Source: Candidatus Sericytochromatia bacterium
GTDB taxonomy: Bacteria > Cyanobacteriota > Sericytochromatia > S15B-MN24 > JAQBPE01
Direction of reading: 5' to 3'
NCBI GenBank assembly: GCA_040400605.1
Contig: JBBAPZ010000003.1
Span: 30,407-94,406 of the forward strand
Length of the DNA: 64,000 nt
Shown here: piece after piece, positions 28,998 to 38,784 of the stretch
Position numbering within the stretch: the first letter of the stretch is position 1
Layout: each line of letters begins with the position of its first letter
The notes under the pieces: model-generated
The model's input: only the letters and a program-made list of their open reading frames with translations
Database searches by the model: none
What the model was told of the DNA's origin: nothing
Program-made: the position numbers and the translations under genes

Positions 28998-29861
28998 ATG
29001 CCAAAACGTGTAAAAGGCCTGTTCGGTTTTTCAGGCGGTATTGCCATGATGCTGCTCATGGCTTGTTCGCAGGTGGGCAAACCCCCTGGACAGCCGATTT
29101 CAGCAGCGGCTGAAATGGGGCGGGCACCGGAACAAGTGGTGCTCAACGAGGAACGGTTGATGGTGGCTAATGCCCCATTGACCTTTGATGAGCTAAAACT
29201 ACGTGTGCCACAAAGTCTGAGCGCAGAGGAGGGCGCGCGGGTGCTAATCAAGGTGGAGGGTGATCGCATCATCAAAGATGATGCGACCTATTCCCTTCAA
29301 TCACGCGGTGGTGGGCGCGGCAGTGCCCATGGGGGTAGTGGTGGGCGTGGGCACGGCGGCCGAGGTGGCGGCTATGGCGGCGGGTATGGCCGCGGCTGGG
29401 GTGGTCGCGGCTTCTACGGCGGCTACGGCGCGTGGGGTCGCCCATTCTTCAATGACGGACTGTATTCCAACTACTGGTACTACCCATACAACAACTACTT
29501 GCTTCCCTATTACTGGAATTCGGGTGCGTACTCACCTTATTGGGGCACTGGTCTGAACTATTCACCGTTCTTCTACAACTACGGGGGCGGCTTGTATCCG
29601 TTCACCTACAATTGGGGCGTGCCGGCTTTCACAACTCCGGCTGTCCAGCCCGTGATACAACAACCTGTCATGCAAACCGTTGCCCAGCCCGTGATGCAGC
29701 AACCAGTGATTCAGCAGCCGGTGGTGCAGCAACAGCCCGTGACAACCGCTGGCACGGCCACCGTGTACACGCAGACACCAACCGGGACAACCATCGGCAA
29801 TCCGCAGGTGATTGCACCAGGCACAACCAATACCACCCTTGGGGGCATCTGGGCCCGCTAA
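28998..29861 (+). CDS. Lipoprotein with Gly/Arg-rich, Tyr/Asn/Trp-rich and Gln/Pro/Val-repeat regions
   Basis: Lipobox LMAC; YSLQ then RGGG repeats, YWYYPYNNY, QQPV repeats. Confidence 0.75.
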   Translation: MPKRVKGLFGFSGGIAMMLLMACSQVGKPPGQPISAAAEMGRAPEQVVLNEERLMVANAPLTFDELKLRVPQSLSAEEGARVLIKVEGDRIIKDDATYSLQSRGGGRGSAHGGSGGRGHGGRGGGYGGGYGRGWGGRGFYGGYGAWGRPFFNDGLYSNYWYYPYNNYLLPYYWNSGAYSPYWGTGLNYSPFFYNYGGGLYPFTYNWGVPAFTTPAVQPVIQQPVMQTVAQPVMQQPVIQQPVVQQQPVTTAGTATVYTQTPTGTTIGNPQVIAPGTTNTTLGGIWAR

Positions 29862-29921
29862 CCAATCCCGGATGCGTGAGCCTGTTTCACGCGTGACACC
29901 ACACGGTGCAACCAACATCGT

Positions 29922-29957
29922 CAAAGCGGGGGCGACGTTCGTTTCGCCCTCGCTTTT
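29922..29957. terminator. Probable bidirectional terminator
   Basis: AAAGCGGGGGCGA...TCGCCCTCGCTTTT. Confidence 0.6.
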
Positions 29958-30024
29958 CCATGAAGCTGACTAAACAGGGGCGCTTGAGTTGTTACCCAAA
30001 CCACGCTTGGCACACGCAAAACCA

Positions 30025-30492
30025 TCAGGAAGGAAAAGGATGCCCCTCTTCGACAGCCAGAATTTTTGCCAACGAGTCAACCTCCCGCCAGTCGCGATCG
30101 TCACGCACCGTCTGCGACTGTTGCAAACGCTTCTTGAGACGGGTTTTAAACAGCCAAACAAGCACTTGATAAAACAGGTTAGCAGGCGGTTTGACAAGCT
30201 TCTGGTTGAACGCATCTGGTGGTTGTTTGGCATGGCGGGCCACCCAGGCACCGATGGTGTCATCATCCGCACCTGACGCGATGAGTTGCCCCAATTCATC
30301 AGCCTTGATGCCAAAGAAACCCAAAAAGTTGCGATCGCCTGGACACGGATAAGGCGCATAATCACCCAGCGTACCCGCCTGCATGGCGCGCGTTTTGTCG
30401 ATGAGACGCGGTAACCACATAAAACCATGCAAGGTTTCAAACGGGCTCCGGGGTACATTCCGGCTAAGGTCGAGAACGTTCGGCACAAGCAA
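30025..30492 (-). CDS. DUF5069-like protein
   Basis: PRSPFE..G..WLPRLIDKTRA...GTLGDY...CPGD..FL.F. Confidence 0.7.
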   Translation of the reverse strand: MLVPNVLDLSRNVPRSPFETLHGFMWLPRLIDKTRAMQAGTLGDYAPYPCPGDRNFLGFFGIKADELGQLIASGADDDTIGAWVARHAKQPPDAFNQKLVKPPANLFYQVLVWLFKTRLKKRLQQSQTVRDDRDWREVDSLAKILAVEEGHPFPS

Positions 30493-30499
30493 ACCTTTT

Positions 30500-30712
30500 C
30501 TAATTCAACGGCGAATCCATCGGGGGACGCGGCGTTGGCGAAGCTGATGGAACCGGTGTGGCAGTTTGACGAATATAACGGGCAGTCGTCGTGAGGTTGC
30601 TGCGCTCCAACGACTCACTGACACACGCAGATACCCCGATTCCAACCATCAAACCGAATGGCAGGCAGCGACCCAAGCTTGACCTGTAACACGAGGCAAT
30701 CCGTTCAATCAT
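30500..30712 (-). CDS. Small putative lipoprotein
   Basis: Hydrophobic segment plus VSAC; TATPVPSASPTP tail. Confidence 0.5.
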   Translation of the reverse strand: MIERIASCYRSSLGRCLPFGLMVGIGVSACVSESLERSNLTTTARYIRQTATPVPSASPTPRPPMDSPLN

Positions 30713-31122
30713 TGGCACAAACCTGTCAATTTGGCAGACACTTTTGGGGAGCCCCTTGTGAACGACCATTATTTTAGCGTTTCCAAGACGTCATCCACAA
30801 GCCACGCAACCCTTTTCGACAAATCGTGAGATATTGCCAGAAATGGTGTCGCAACGGCTGTTGGAGTGTCCTTCGCCCGCCAAAACGCCAAAAAGCGTTC
30901 CACTGGGTTAATTGACTCTAAAACGATTGCTATGACTTGAATTGCCGGATTTGAAACAGTACGTGGTCAGTTCCCGGCACGCAGTCCTGGAAGTCAAGGA
31001 TTGTGCAATGCTTCCGAGCTTTATCACATAAAGTGGTTTGATCCGTGGCGTTTCGTGGCATAAGGTCTGCGTCGGTCGTAAAGAAACGTATTTGCGTTGT
31101 ATGGACTTAGGGGGCCGCACGG

Positions 31123-34100
31123 ATGCGGACAGGTAAGCTTGCCAAGCGGTATAACCCGGTGCGCCTGCTCGGCCAAGGTGCGATGGGTGTTGTCTGGCTC
31201 GTCGAGGACCTCGTCGAACGAACCAACATGGCACTGAAAGTTGTTGCACCCGTCGCACCGACGCGTGAGAGCGCCAATTTGGATCCTGCGGCGAATGACT
31301 TTGTCGATCGCGACACGCGCTTGGATGATGTGCGACGCTTGCTCAACGAATCAATGACGGGCGAGGATGCGTCACAAAATTTGCCGCCGCTGTCTTTGTT
31401 GCAGTTCAAGCAGGAATTTCGCCTGATGGTTCAGTTGCGACACCCCAATTGCTGCGAGGTGTATGACTACGGCGTACTGGCAAATGGAACGCCCTTTTTC
31501 ACGATGGAATTCGTCGAGGGCAATGGGCTGGATGAGTTGTTGCCACTCGATCAAGAGAGTTTCAGACGCATTTTGACGCAACTGTTGGTAGCGGTAGGCC
31601 ACGTTCATCAGTTGGGTCTTGTGCACTGTGATATCAAGCCTGCCAACGTGCGGGTACGCTCGGACGGGTTGGTCAAGCTGATGGATTTCGGGTTGATGGA
31701 GCACGCGGGGCGCTCAGGCGGTCCCATTAAAGGCACCTTGGCCTATCTGGCGCCCGAAATTGTGCGGCGGGGTACGATTGATCAACGTGCCGATCTCTAT
31801 GCGGTCGGATGTTTGGCCTATGAAATGTGGACCGGTCAACCGCCCTTTCGCGCCAACCGATCGTTAGAGTTGATTCGGGCACACATCGAACAGCGACCGG
31901 TGGCTCCCGCGCGGGTACGACCCGGCCTCGATCCGGTACTGGATCGAATCATTTTACGTTTGCTGGAAAAAGATACGATACATCGTTACCAGTCGGCGCA
32001 CGAAGTGCTGGCGGATCTCGATCGGGCCGGATTGTGGGATGCAGGGCAGGCGGGCGGTACAAACCGCGCGCAACTGCTGGCGTCGCCCATGCTGGGCCGG
32101 GAGGCGGAGCAGGCGTGGCTTGGGGAGGCGTTGACCCAGGCGATGGAAACACGGGTGCGCCAGGCCGTCTTGCTTTGGGGGTCATCAGGCGTTGGCAAAA
32201 GTCGCCTGCTGCAAGACTTTCGGTTTCGGGCCCAACTCGAGAATGTTCCCGTCGCGATGGTGGCGTGCAGCGAGTATGATCAGGCACCGTACTCGCCTTT
32301 CGTCTCAGCGTTGCGTCACCTGTTGCCATCATTGAAGTCGCATGCCCGTCAAGCGTTGGACATTCACGGGCCAGTGCTGACCAAACTTTTGCCAAACCTG
32401 GCTTACACGCCCGTGCCGGACTTGGAACCCCCGTTGGCTGAGCGGATGCGCTTGCAAGCGAGTTTGGCGGAGGTCTTCCTTGCGTTGGCCAAGGTGCGGG
32501 GAGTGGCGTTGATTTTCGACAACTGGCAGCATGCCGACGCGTTATCAACGGAAGTCATGGCTTACTTGTTGCGCAATGTGGGGGATGCATCGTTTTGTTT
32601 GCTGATTGGCATGCAGGAACTGCCTGGCACGGCTGATTGGCTGGAGCATGTCGAGACGCGTGAGCTGACGGGGGTTGCCCCTGATGCGATCCGCACCATG
32701 ATTCGAACCAAACTGGGCACGGAGGACGTCCACGACGCCTTCGTCGAACAGATCACCGAGTTTTCCGAGGGTAAACCCTATTACGTCGAGATGATGCTGG
32801 AGCACCTCGTTACAACCTCCGTCCTGACAATGGCGCGCGGCACGTGGCGAACCGATGTCAATCTGACGCCGGAAGTCTTGCCCAAGGGTATTGCCGGTGT
32901 CTTGACTGAAAAACTGCGTCGCCTGTCACCATCGGCCCAAGTGGTGGCCAAGATGGCTTCGGCCGTGCGGCATCGTTTCACGTTGGCGTTGCTCAAGAAA
33001 CTGTCTGGCTTTGATGACGACGAGTTGCTTGAAGCCATTGCCGCACTCGAATCACTCAATGTGATCATTCAAACGGAGGATGGCAGTTATGCCTTCGCAC
33101 GCGATATGGTTCAGAGCTTGCTTTACAACAGCCTGGAACCAGCCGAGCGAAACAGTTATCACACGGCGATCGCACTCGCATTGGAATGGGATGCCGTGCT
33201 GGGCACGCCGGCACAAGGCGGCAAGGTGCGCAAACTGGCCCTGTCGGAGGTTCCCCTCGGCGCATTAAGCGCCATCACTGAACAGTATCTGCGTGCCAAC
33301 GTTGCGGAAAAAACAATCATGTTCGCATTGGAGTCCGGTAAACGGCATGCGCGTCTGTATGACAATCACGCAGCATTGCGCTTTCTGGATGCGGGATTGG
33401 CCTTGCTTGACATTCGCACGGAGCCCCGTTGGGACCTCGTTCGTTTGGATTATCACACAGTCTTGGGCGATGTGAAGCGCATGATGGGGAGATTTGAGGC
33501 GGCCATGGAAAGTTACATGATTGCCTTGCCGATCGCACAAGTACACCAGGACGGACCCACTGCAGGCCAATTGTTAACCTCGATTGCCAAAATGCACCAG
33601 GTCCGGCAGCGCTTTGACGAAGCCATCGCAGCGTGTACGCAGGCCTTGCAACTGGCCGAAGGCAGTTCAGATAGTGCAGCCGCTTCGCGCGCGCTGGCTA
33701 CAGCAGGACGCGTACGCTATTTCATGGGGGATATTCCGGGCTCGATTGCAGACCTTGAGCGCGCGCTGAATTTTGCGCGTGCGAGCCGCGATGCGATTCG
33801 AATCGGCGCTGCGCTGGGCTTTTTGGGTTATCTGCTGGTGATGGGTGAGAACGGCCGCAGACAAGAAGGATTTAAGTGCCTGCAAGAAGCGGTCAGTTTG
33901 GCACAGGCGAGCGGGGATCGCATCAGCATGTCGAATGCGTTGGAGCTGTTGGGCTTGGCCTTGCGCAACGGTGGCTCGTATCAGGAAGCGCGCGAACACT
34001 TTGAACGCAAAGTCAAAATCAGTTATGAGTCTGGCGTGAAGGATGACGAGTCTTCAGGTTTGGTCAATTTGGCCCAGACGGTGCTTGAATTGGGCGACTT

Positions 34101-35022
34101 GCCGAAAGCATATGAGCACGCGCACTCAGCCGTTCAATTGGCACGTCAAACCGGTTCCAAAATGCCCCAAGGCATGGCCCTGATTCTCGAAGCCGCAGCA
34201 GCAGCCCACATGGGGCGGGTTCTTGACTCACTCGCACTCGCCCAGGAGGCGTTGGGCATCGCAACCGAGTTAAAAAACAAACATTTGAGCATTGAGGTTT
34301 TGACCTGGTACCTGGACATCATGCTGATGCATGGAAACCTGGCCGAGAGCGCGCAACGGCTTCAAGAACTGGACCTGATGCTGGATGGATCCGGTGATAC
34401 CGGGATGATGGCGCTTGTAGCAGTCATGCGCGCAGAACTGGCCCTGCGAAACCAGGATTACGGCGCTGCATTGGCTGGCATCACACAGGCGATCGCGCAA
34501 GCGGAAAAGGCCGAAAGCCAGGGGGTCAAACTGAAAGCGTGGATCACCCGCACACGTATTGCGATCGCAAAAGAGGATTGGCTTACCGCACAAGCCTTGG
34601 CACAAGGTGCGCAAACCTTGTCCAATCGTCTGGGGACCCGTTGCCGCAGTGCTGAAATTGAACTGTTGCTGGGCGAGATTGCCTTGGCATCCGGACAAAA
34701 AGCCCTGCAACATTTCACCACCGCTTTGGAGTTAGCCGAAGCCATACACGCCCCAATGCTTCGCGCAGAAGCGCTCTTCGGCCTGGCTGCCTGTGCGCCA
34801 TACGCCCCCGTATCCGATGAGCAGGCCAAAAAAGGCAGTCAAGTTTTACAGTCCTTGGTGTCGTCACTCGACGAAGTCGCCGCTGCAGATTTTGTCGCCG
34901 TGCCCACCCGAAAACGGGTGCTCGAAGGCAACTTTGTGGGCTTCAGTTTATCCCGAAACAAGACCCCGCGCGCCCGCACGGGCCCACTAGGCGGGGGCAT
35001 GTGGAATGGTCAGATGCTGTGA
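31123..35022 (+). CDS. Ser/Thr kinase - STAND (AAA_16-like) ATPase - TPR protein
   Basis: LGQGAMG, ALK, HCDIKPAN, DFG, YLAPE; Walker A GSSGVGKS; TPR-like helical repeats. Confidence 0.9.
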   Translation: MRTGKLAKRYNPVRLLGQGAMGVVWLVEDLVERTNMALKVVAPVAPTRESANLDPAANDFVDRDTRLDDVRRLLNESMTGEDASQNLPPLSLLQFKQEFRLMVQLRHPNCCEVYDYGVLANGTPFFTMEFVEGNGLDELLPLDQESFRRILTQLLVAVGHVHQLGLVHCDIKPANVRVRSDGLVKLMDFGLMEHAGRSGGPIKGTLAYLAPEIVRRGTIDQRADLYAVGCLAYEMWTGQPPFRANRSLELIRAHIEQRPVAPARVRPGLDPVLDRIILRLLEKDTIHRYQSAHEVLADLDRAGLWDAGQAGGTNRAQLLASPMLGREAEQAWLGEALTQAMETRVRQAVLLWGSSGVGKSRLLQDFRFRAQLENVPVAMVACSEYDQAPYSPFVSALRHLLPSLKSHARQALDIHGPVLTKLLPNLAYTPVPDLEPPLAERMRLQASLAEVFLALAKVRGVALIFDNWQHADALSTEVMAYLLRNVGDASFCLLIGMQELPGTADWLEHVETRELTGVAPDAIRTMIRTKLGTEDVHDAFVEQITEFSEGKPYYVEMMLEHLVTTSVLTMARGTWRTDVNLTPEVLPKGIAGVLTEKLRRLSPSAQVVAKMASAVRHRFTLALLKKLSGFDDDELLEAIAALESLNVIIQTEDGSYAFARDMVQSLLYNSLEPAERNSYHTAIALALEWDAVLGTPAQGGKVRKLALSEVPLGALSAITEQYLRANVAEKTIMFALESGKRHARLYDNHAALRFLDAGLALLDIRTEPRWDLVRLDYHTVLGDVKRMMGRFEAAMESYMIALPIAQVHQDGPTAGQLLTSIAKMHQVRQRFDEAIAACTQALQLAEGSSDSAAASRALATAGRVRYFMGDIPGSIADLERALNFARASRDAIRIGAALGFLGYLLVMGENGRRQEGFKCLQEAVSLAQASGDRISMSNALELLGLALRNGGSYQEAREHFERKVKISYESGVKDDESSGLVNLAQTVLELGDLPKAYEHAHSAVQLARQTGSKMPQGMALILEAAAAAHMGRVLDSLALAQEALGIATELKNKHLSIEVLTWYLDIMLMHGNLAESAQRLQELDLMLDGSGDTGMMALVAVMRAELALRNQDYGAALAGITQAIAQAEKAESQGVKLKAWITRTRIAIAKEDWLTAQALAQGAQTLSNRLGTRCRSAEIELLLGEIALASGQKALQHFTTALELAEAIHAPMLRAEALFGLAACAPYAPVSDEQAKKGSQVLQSLVSSLDEVAAADFVAVPTRKRVLEGNFVGFSLSRNKTPRARTGPLGGGMWNGQML

Positions 35023-35801
35023 TGTGCGAGCAATGGCGCGCCGCAGCCTTGCTGACGGCAGCCGCGGAGTTGCGTGAGTCTTTGAATGCGCTGCACTTTG
35101 AAGCGCCCGTCACGCACGTTTACAACCCACTCCATTATGCGTGGAACATGTATGCGGCGTACGTGCGGCGTTACGTTCACGGCCCAATCGATGCCTTGTT
35201 CGTCGGAATGAACCCGGGACCTTGGGGGATGGCGCAAACGGGGATACCTTTTGGAGAAGTTGGTGCGGTAGGCGGGTATCTGGGGTTAAATGCCCCGATC
35301 ATGGCAGCGACTGCCACGCATCCCAGACGCCCCGTTCAGGGTTTGGCGTGTCGCCGCATCGAAGTGAGCGGCCTGCGTCTGTGGGGATTGATCGCACAGA
35401 AGTTTCCCTCGCCTGAAGATTTTTTCGCTCGTCATTTCGTGGCTAACTATTGTCCTTTAATGTTCCTGGAAGCATCCGGCCGGAATCGCACGCCTGCACA
35501 ACTGTCAGCGCGTGAACGGGCGCCTTTGCAGCAGATCTGCGATCGCCATTTGCAACGCATGGTCGATATTCTTTCCCCCAATTGGGTAGTCGGCGTGGGT
35601 CAGTATGCGCACGCGTGTAACCAGCGCGCGCTTGGCTCTCAAGGGTTTAAACTGGCCCGGATCACGCATCCAAGCCCAGCGAGCCCGGCCGCCAATCGCG
35701 ACTGGGCAGCCACCGTGCTTCAGGAGCTGGCGCAACAAGGCGTGTGTCAGCCAGACCGGTTTGCAGTCCATACCCAAAACGCTGAAAACCAAATCCTGTA
35801 A
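35022..35801 (+). CDS. SMUG1-type (family 3) uracil-DNA glycosylase
   Basis: GMNPGPWGMAQTGIPFG, EVSG.RLW, NYCPL, HPSPASPAANR; TGATG overlap with the kinase stop. Confidence 0.9.
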   Translation: MCEQWRAAALLTAAAELRESLNALHFEAPVTHVYNPLHYAWNMYAAYVRRYVHGPIDALFVGMNPGPWGMAQTGIPFGEVGAVGGYLGLNAPIMAATATHPRRPVQGLACRRIEVSGLRLWGLIAQKFPSPEDFFARHFVANYCPLMFLEASGRNRTPAQLSARERAPLQQICDRHLQRMVDILSPNWVVGVGQYAHACNQRALGSQGFKLARITHPSPASPAANRDWAATVLQELAQQGVCQPDRFAVHTQNAENQIL

Positions 35802-35881
35802 CCACGTCTGCGGCGACGCGATGCAGCAGCGCGTTGGCTGATGATCAAACTTAGACGGTCGTTGAATAACACATTTAACCG

Positions 35882-36008
35882 CCAACCATCAGATTGACTG
35901 ATTGTTCGTTAAATATTCGTTGTGACCATGCCGCACGTAACACCCGTCTGCTTACCCTTGCGTATTGTTCTGAATGGTCAGCGTCCGATCGGTGACATTG
36001 ATGGTTGC
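35882..36008. mobile_element. MITE-like element, copy C (127 bp, inverted relative to B)
   Basis: 59/65 identity to 19396-19460 as reverse complement; CAACCATCA/TGATGGTTG termini; flanks ATTTAACCG/GTGTAACCG (7/9). Confidence 0.7.
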
Positions 36009-36149
36009 GTGTAACCGCCTGAGGTTTCGAGTTCGTGATACAAGTTTTGAACAGAAACCTGTCCGTCGCTGTCGCGCGCTGTGCGCTGCGCGGTTGGGCA
36101 TGGTAATGTTTTAAAAATTGAATCATTGCGTGGGAGTGGATAGGGTTGT

Positions 36150-36641
36150 ATGCAAACCGGGTCGCGAATCCTGCTGGCACTTGTGATGGTGATGCCCCTG
36201 TGGCCAACGCAAACGGCGTCTGCGGAAACGGTCTATCTCAAAAACGGTACGGTGGTCAAAGGACGTATTGTTAAGGAAGACGATACCTCGTTTGCAATCG
36301 AAACCCAAGATGGCCGTCGAAAGGTCGCCAAGTCGGAAGTTGAACTGTTACCTGCTGTTGATCCCAATCTGGCCTTGCTGAGTGGCTTGTTGTTCTCCGG
36401 TGCCGGACACGTTTATGCAGATGCTTGGGGTCGAGGCGCCTTTTTTCTGGGATTGAGCGCGATTGCAGGGGGTGCCGGCTATCTGGTTGCAAGACAAGGA
36501 TTTCCTAACTCCACGGCATCCCAGGTACTGGGTGCCGCACTGGGGTATGGTGTCGGTACGGTGATGGGAGCGCTGGATGCACGTGCATTGGCGGATGCAC
36601 AAAGCAAATTGGTGCGCTATCGCGTCTCATATGACAACTAG
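36150..36641 (+). CDS. Secreted or membrane hypothetical protein
   Basis: Signal peptide (ASA-ETVYLKNG), then TM helices. Confidence 0.7.
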   Translation: MQTGSRILLALVMVMPLWPTQTASAETVYLKNGTVVKGRIVKEDDTSFAIETQDGRRKVAKSEVELLPAVDPNLALLSGLLFSGAGHVYADAWGRGAFFLGLSAIAGGAGYLVARQGFPNSTASQVLGAALGYGVGTVMGALDARALADAQSKLVRYRVSYDN

Positions 36642-36722
36642 ATGCGCCATCACCAGGGTCAAGCGAATCAACCACGTGACGACTGATGGGCACGTCCCTG
36701 TGATGGCGCGGGGAAGGGTGAC

Positions 36723-37472
36723 ATGAGCACGGGTTTGGCACTCAACATCTGCGCTGACGTGGCAACCGTGACTTTGGTCGATCCCCGTGGATTGCACCTC
36801 CTTGGCACCCAGACGCTGTTAAACCTTGACAATTGCCTGGCGGAACTTTGTGAGCGCCGTGATCTCAAAGCGATCGTCCTGACCGCGGACGGTTGGCGCA
36901 CCTTCAGCGCGGGCGCTGACTTGAGCGAAGTGTGCCAGTTAAACCCGACGACAGCGCGGGCCTTTTCTGAACTTGGCCAGGGGGTTGCAAAGCGCCTGGC
37001 CAGCGCCCCGGTGGTCACGGTGGCATTGCTGAACGCATCTGCGTTCGGTGGAGGCGTCGAACTGGCGCTCGCGTGTGATTTACGGGTGATGGTCACGTCA
37101 GCGTGTTTGCATTATCAGGCGCCACGTCTGGGGATTTTGCCGGGCTGGGGCGGCACGCAGCGTTTACCCCTCATCATCGGCCAAGCGCGGGCCCGTCAGA
37201 TGTTGTTGCAATGTGAACCGGTTGATGCGACGCAAGCGTTGGCTTGGGGACTCATCGCCATGGCGGTGCCGTCCATTGAGGCGTCCGAGTGGTATAGGCT
37301 GCTGGATTCGTTGCGGCAAAATGATGCCCGCGCTGTCGCGAACATCAAGCGCGCGTTACAGCAATTCGATTCAAGTGCTGAAAGCGTGGAGCAAGATGCC
37401 TTTGCCGCATGTTTCGAAACACGATCGACGCAAGCACGCATCGCCGCCTGGTTAAACAGGACCGGTCAATAA
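36723..37472 (+). CDS. Enoyl-CoA hydratase/isomerase family protein
   Basis: FSAGADL, AFGGGVELALACD, LGILPGWGGTQRL. Confidence 0.9.
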   Translation: MSTGLALNICADVATVTLVDPRGLHLLGTQTLLNLDNCLAELCERRDLKAIVLTADGWRTFSAGADLSEVCQLNPTTARAFSELGQGVAKRLASAPVVTVALLNASAFGGGVELALACDLRVMVTSACLHYQAPRLGILPGWGGTQRLPLIIGQARARQMLLQCEPVDATQALAWGLIAMAVPSIEASEWYRLLDSLRQNDARAVANIKRALQQFDSSAESVEQDAFAACFETRSTQARIAAWLNRTGQ

Positions 37473-37523
37473 AACAAGATAATCCCACGGGTTCATCCCT
37501 CAATGATGAGAAATGGAGCAAAG

Positions 37524-38711
37524 ATGTCAAGAACAGTCATTGTCAGTGCTGCGCGCACGCCTTTTGGTAAACTGGGGGGTGCCTTGGCCAGCTTCAGCGC
37601 CGTGGATCTCGGGGCGATGGTCATTGCGGAAGCCATCGCGCGTGCGGGTGTGGATCCACGACAGGTCGACAACGTGCTAATGGGGACGGTCCTGCAAGCG
37701 GGCGTCGGACAGATTCCTGCACGACAATCCGCCATCAAGGCAGGCCTGGATCCGGCTACCTCTGCCTTGACCATCAACAAGGTTTGTGCGTCCGGACTGC
37801 GAGCCGTCACGCTCGCCGATACCCTGATTCGATCTGATGAAGGTGCAATCATCGTGGCGGGTGGGACCGAATCCATGTCAAATGCGCCCTACTTGCTGAA
37901 GAAGGCACGCTACGGTTATCGGATGGGGCATGGTGAACTGTTGGACGCCATGATCCACGACGGGTTATGGTGCGCGTTTCATGATTGTCACATGGGTGTT
38001 CACGGCTCAACCGTTGCGGCGGAGTATGGTATCAGTCGCGAGGCCCAAGATGCCTGGGCCGCACGCTCCCATCAGAAAGCCCACGATGCGTGGGAATCCG
38101 GCTTCTTTGAGGCGGAAGTCATGCCTGTGTCCGTGCCAGTGGGCAAGGGTGAAGTACAAACAATCAGACGAGACGAGGGAATTCGTCCCGATACCACGGC
38201 AGAGCGCCTGGCAAAGCTCAAGCCAGCATTTGGCGCCGATGGCACCATTACGGCGGGCAACGCACCCGGGGTCAATGATGGCGCTGCCGCACTGATCGTC
38301 ATGGATGAGGAGCGCGCGCGGGCCTTGGGGCTTGAGCCGCTCGCGGCAATTGTCGGACACGCGATGGTGGGTGAAAAGCCACCCTATCTGCACACGGTTC
38401 CAGCTCTGGCGATCCAAAAAGCATTGCGAAAGACAGGCCTGACGGTAGCGGATTTATCCTTGATTGAGATCAACGAAGCCTTCGCAGCCGTGGCGTTGAC
38501 GTCGATGAAGCTGCTTGAGGCGCACGCAGACATCGTGAATGTGAATGGTGGTGCCGTGGCGTTGGGGCATCCCATCGGTGCATCGGGCGCCCGTTTGGTC
38601 GCCACACTCACTTACGGATTGCTTGCATCGGGTGCGCGATATGGTGCGGCCGCCATCTGTTCAGGGGCTGCCCAAGGGGATGCCATCATTCTGGAAAACC
38701 TGCGGCGATAA
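37524..38711 (+). CDS. Acetyl-CoA C-acetyltransferase (thiolase)
   Basis: [24 protein letters not shown]. Confidence 0.95.
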   Translation: MSRTVIVSAARTPFGKLGGALASFSAVDLGAMVIAEAIARAGVDPRQVDNVLMGTVLQAGVGQIPARQSAIKAGLDPATSALTINKVCASGLRAVTLADTLIRSDEGAIIVAGGTESMSNAPYLLKKARYGYRMGHGELLDAMIHDGLWCAFHDCHMGVHGSTVAAEYGISREAQDAWAARSHQKAHDAWESGFFEAEVMPVSVPVGKGEVQTIRRDEGIRPDTTAERLAKLKPAFGADGTITAGNAPGVNDGAAALIVMDEERARALGLEPLAAIVGHAMVGEKPPYLHTVPALAIQKALRKTGLTVADLSLIEINEAFAAVALTSMKLLEAHADIVNVNGGAVALGHPIGASGARLVATLTYGLLASGARYGAAAICSGAAQGDAIILENLRR

Positions 38712-38784
38712 AGCGGACCAGACCAACGCAGACGCGGTGGTTGATACCGCGTCTTGTCACATTCGACATGCAAAAGGAGACAAT

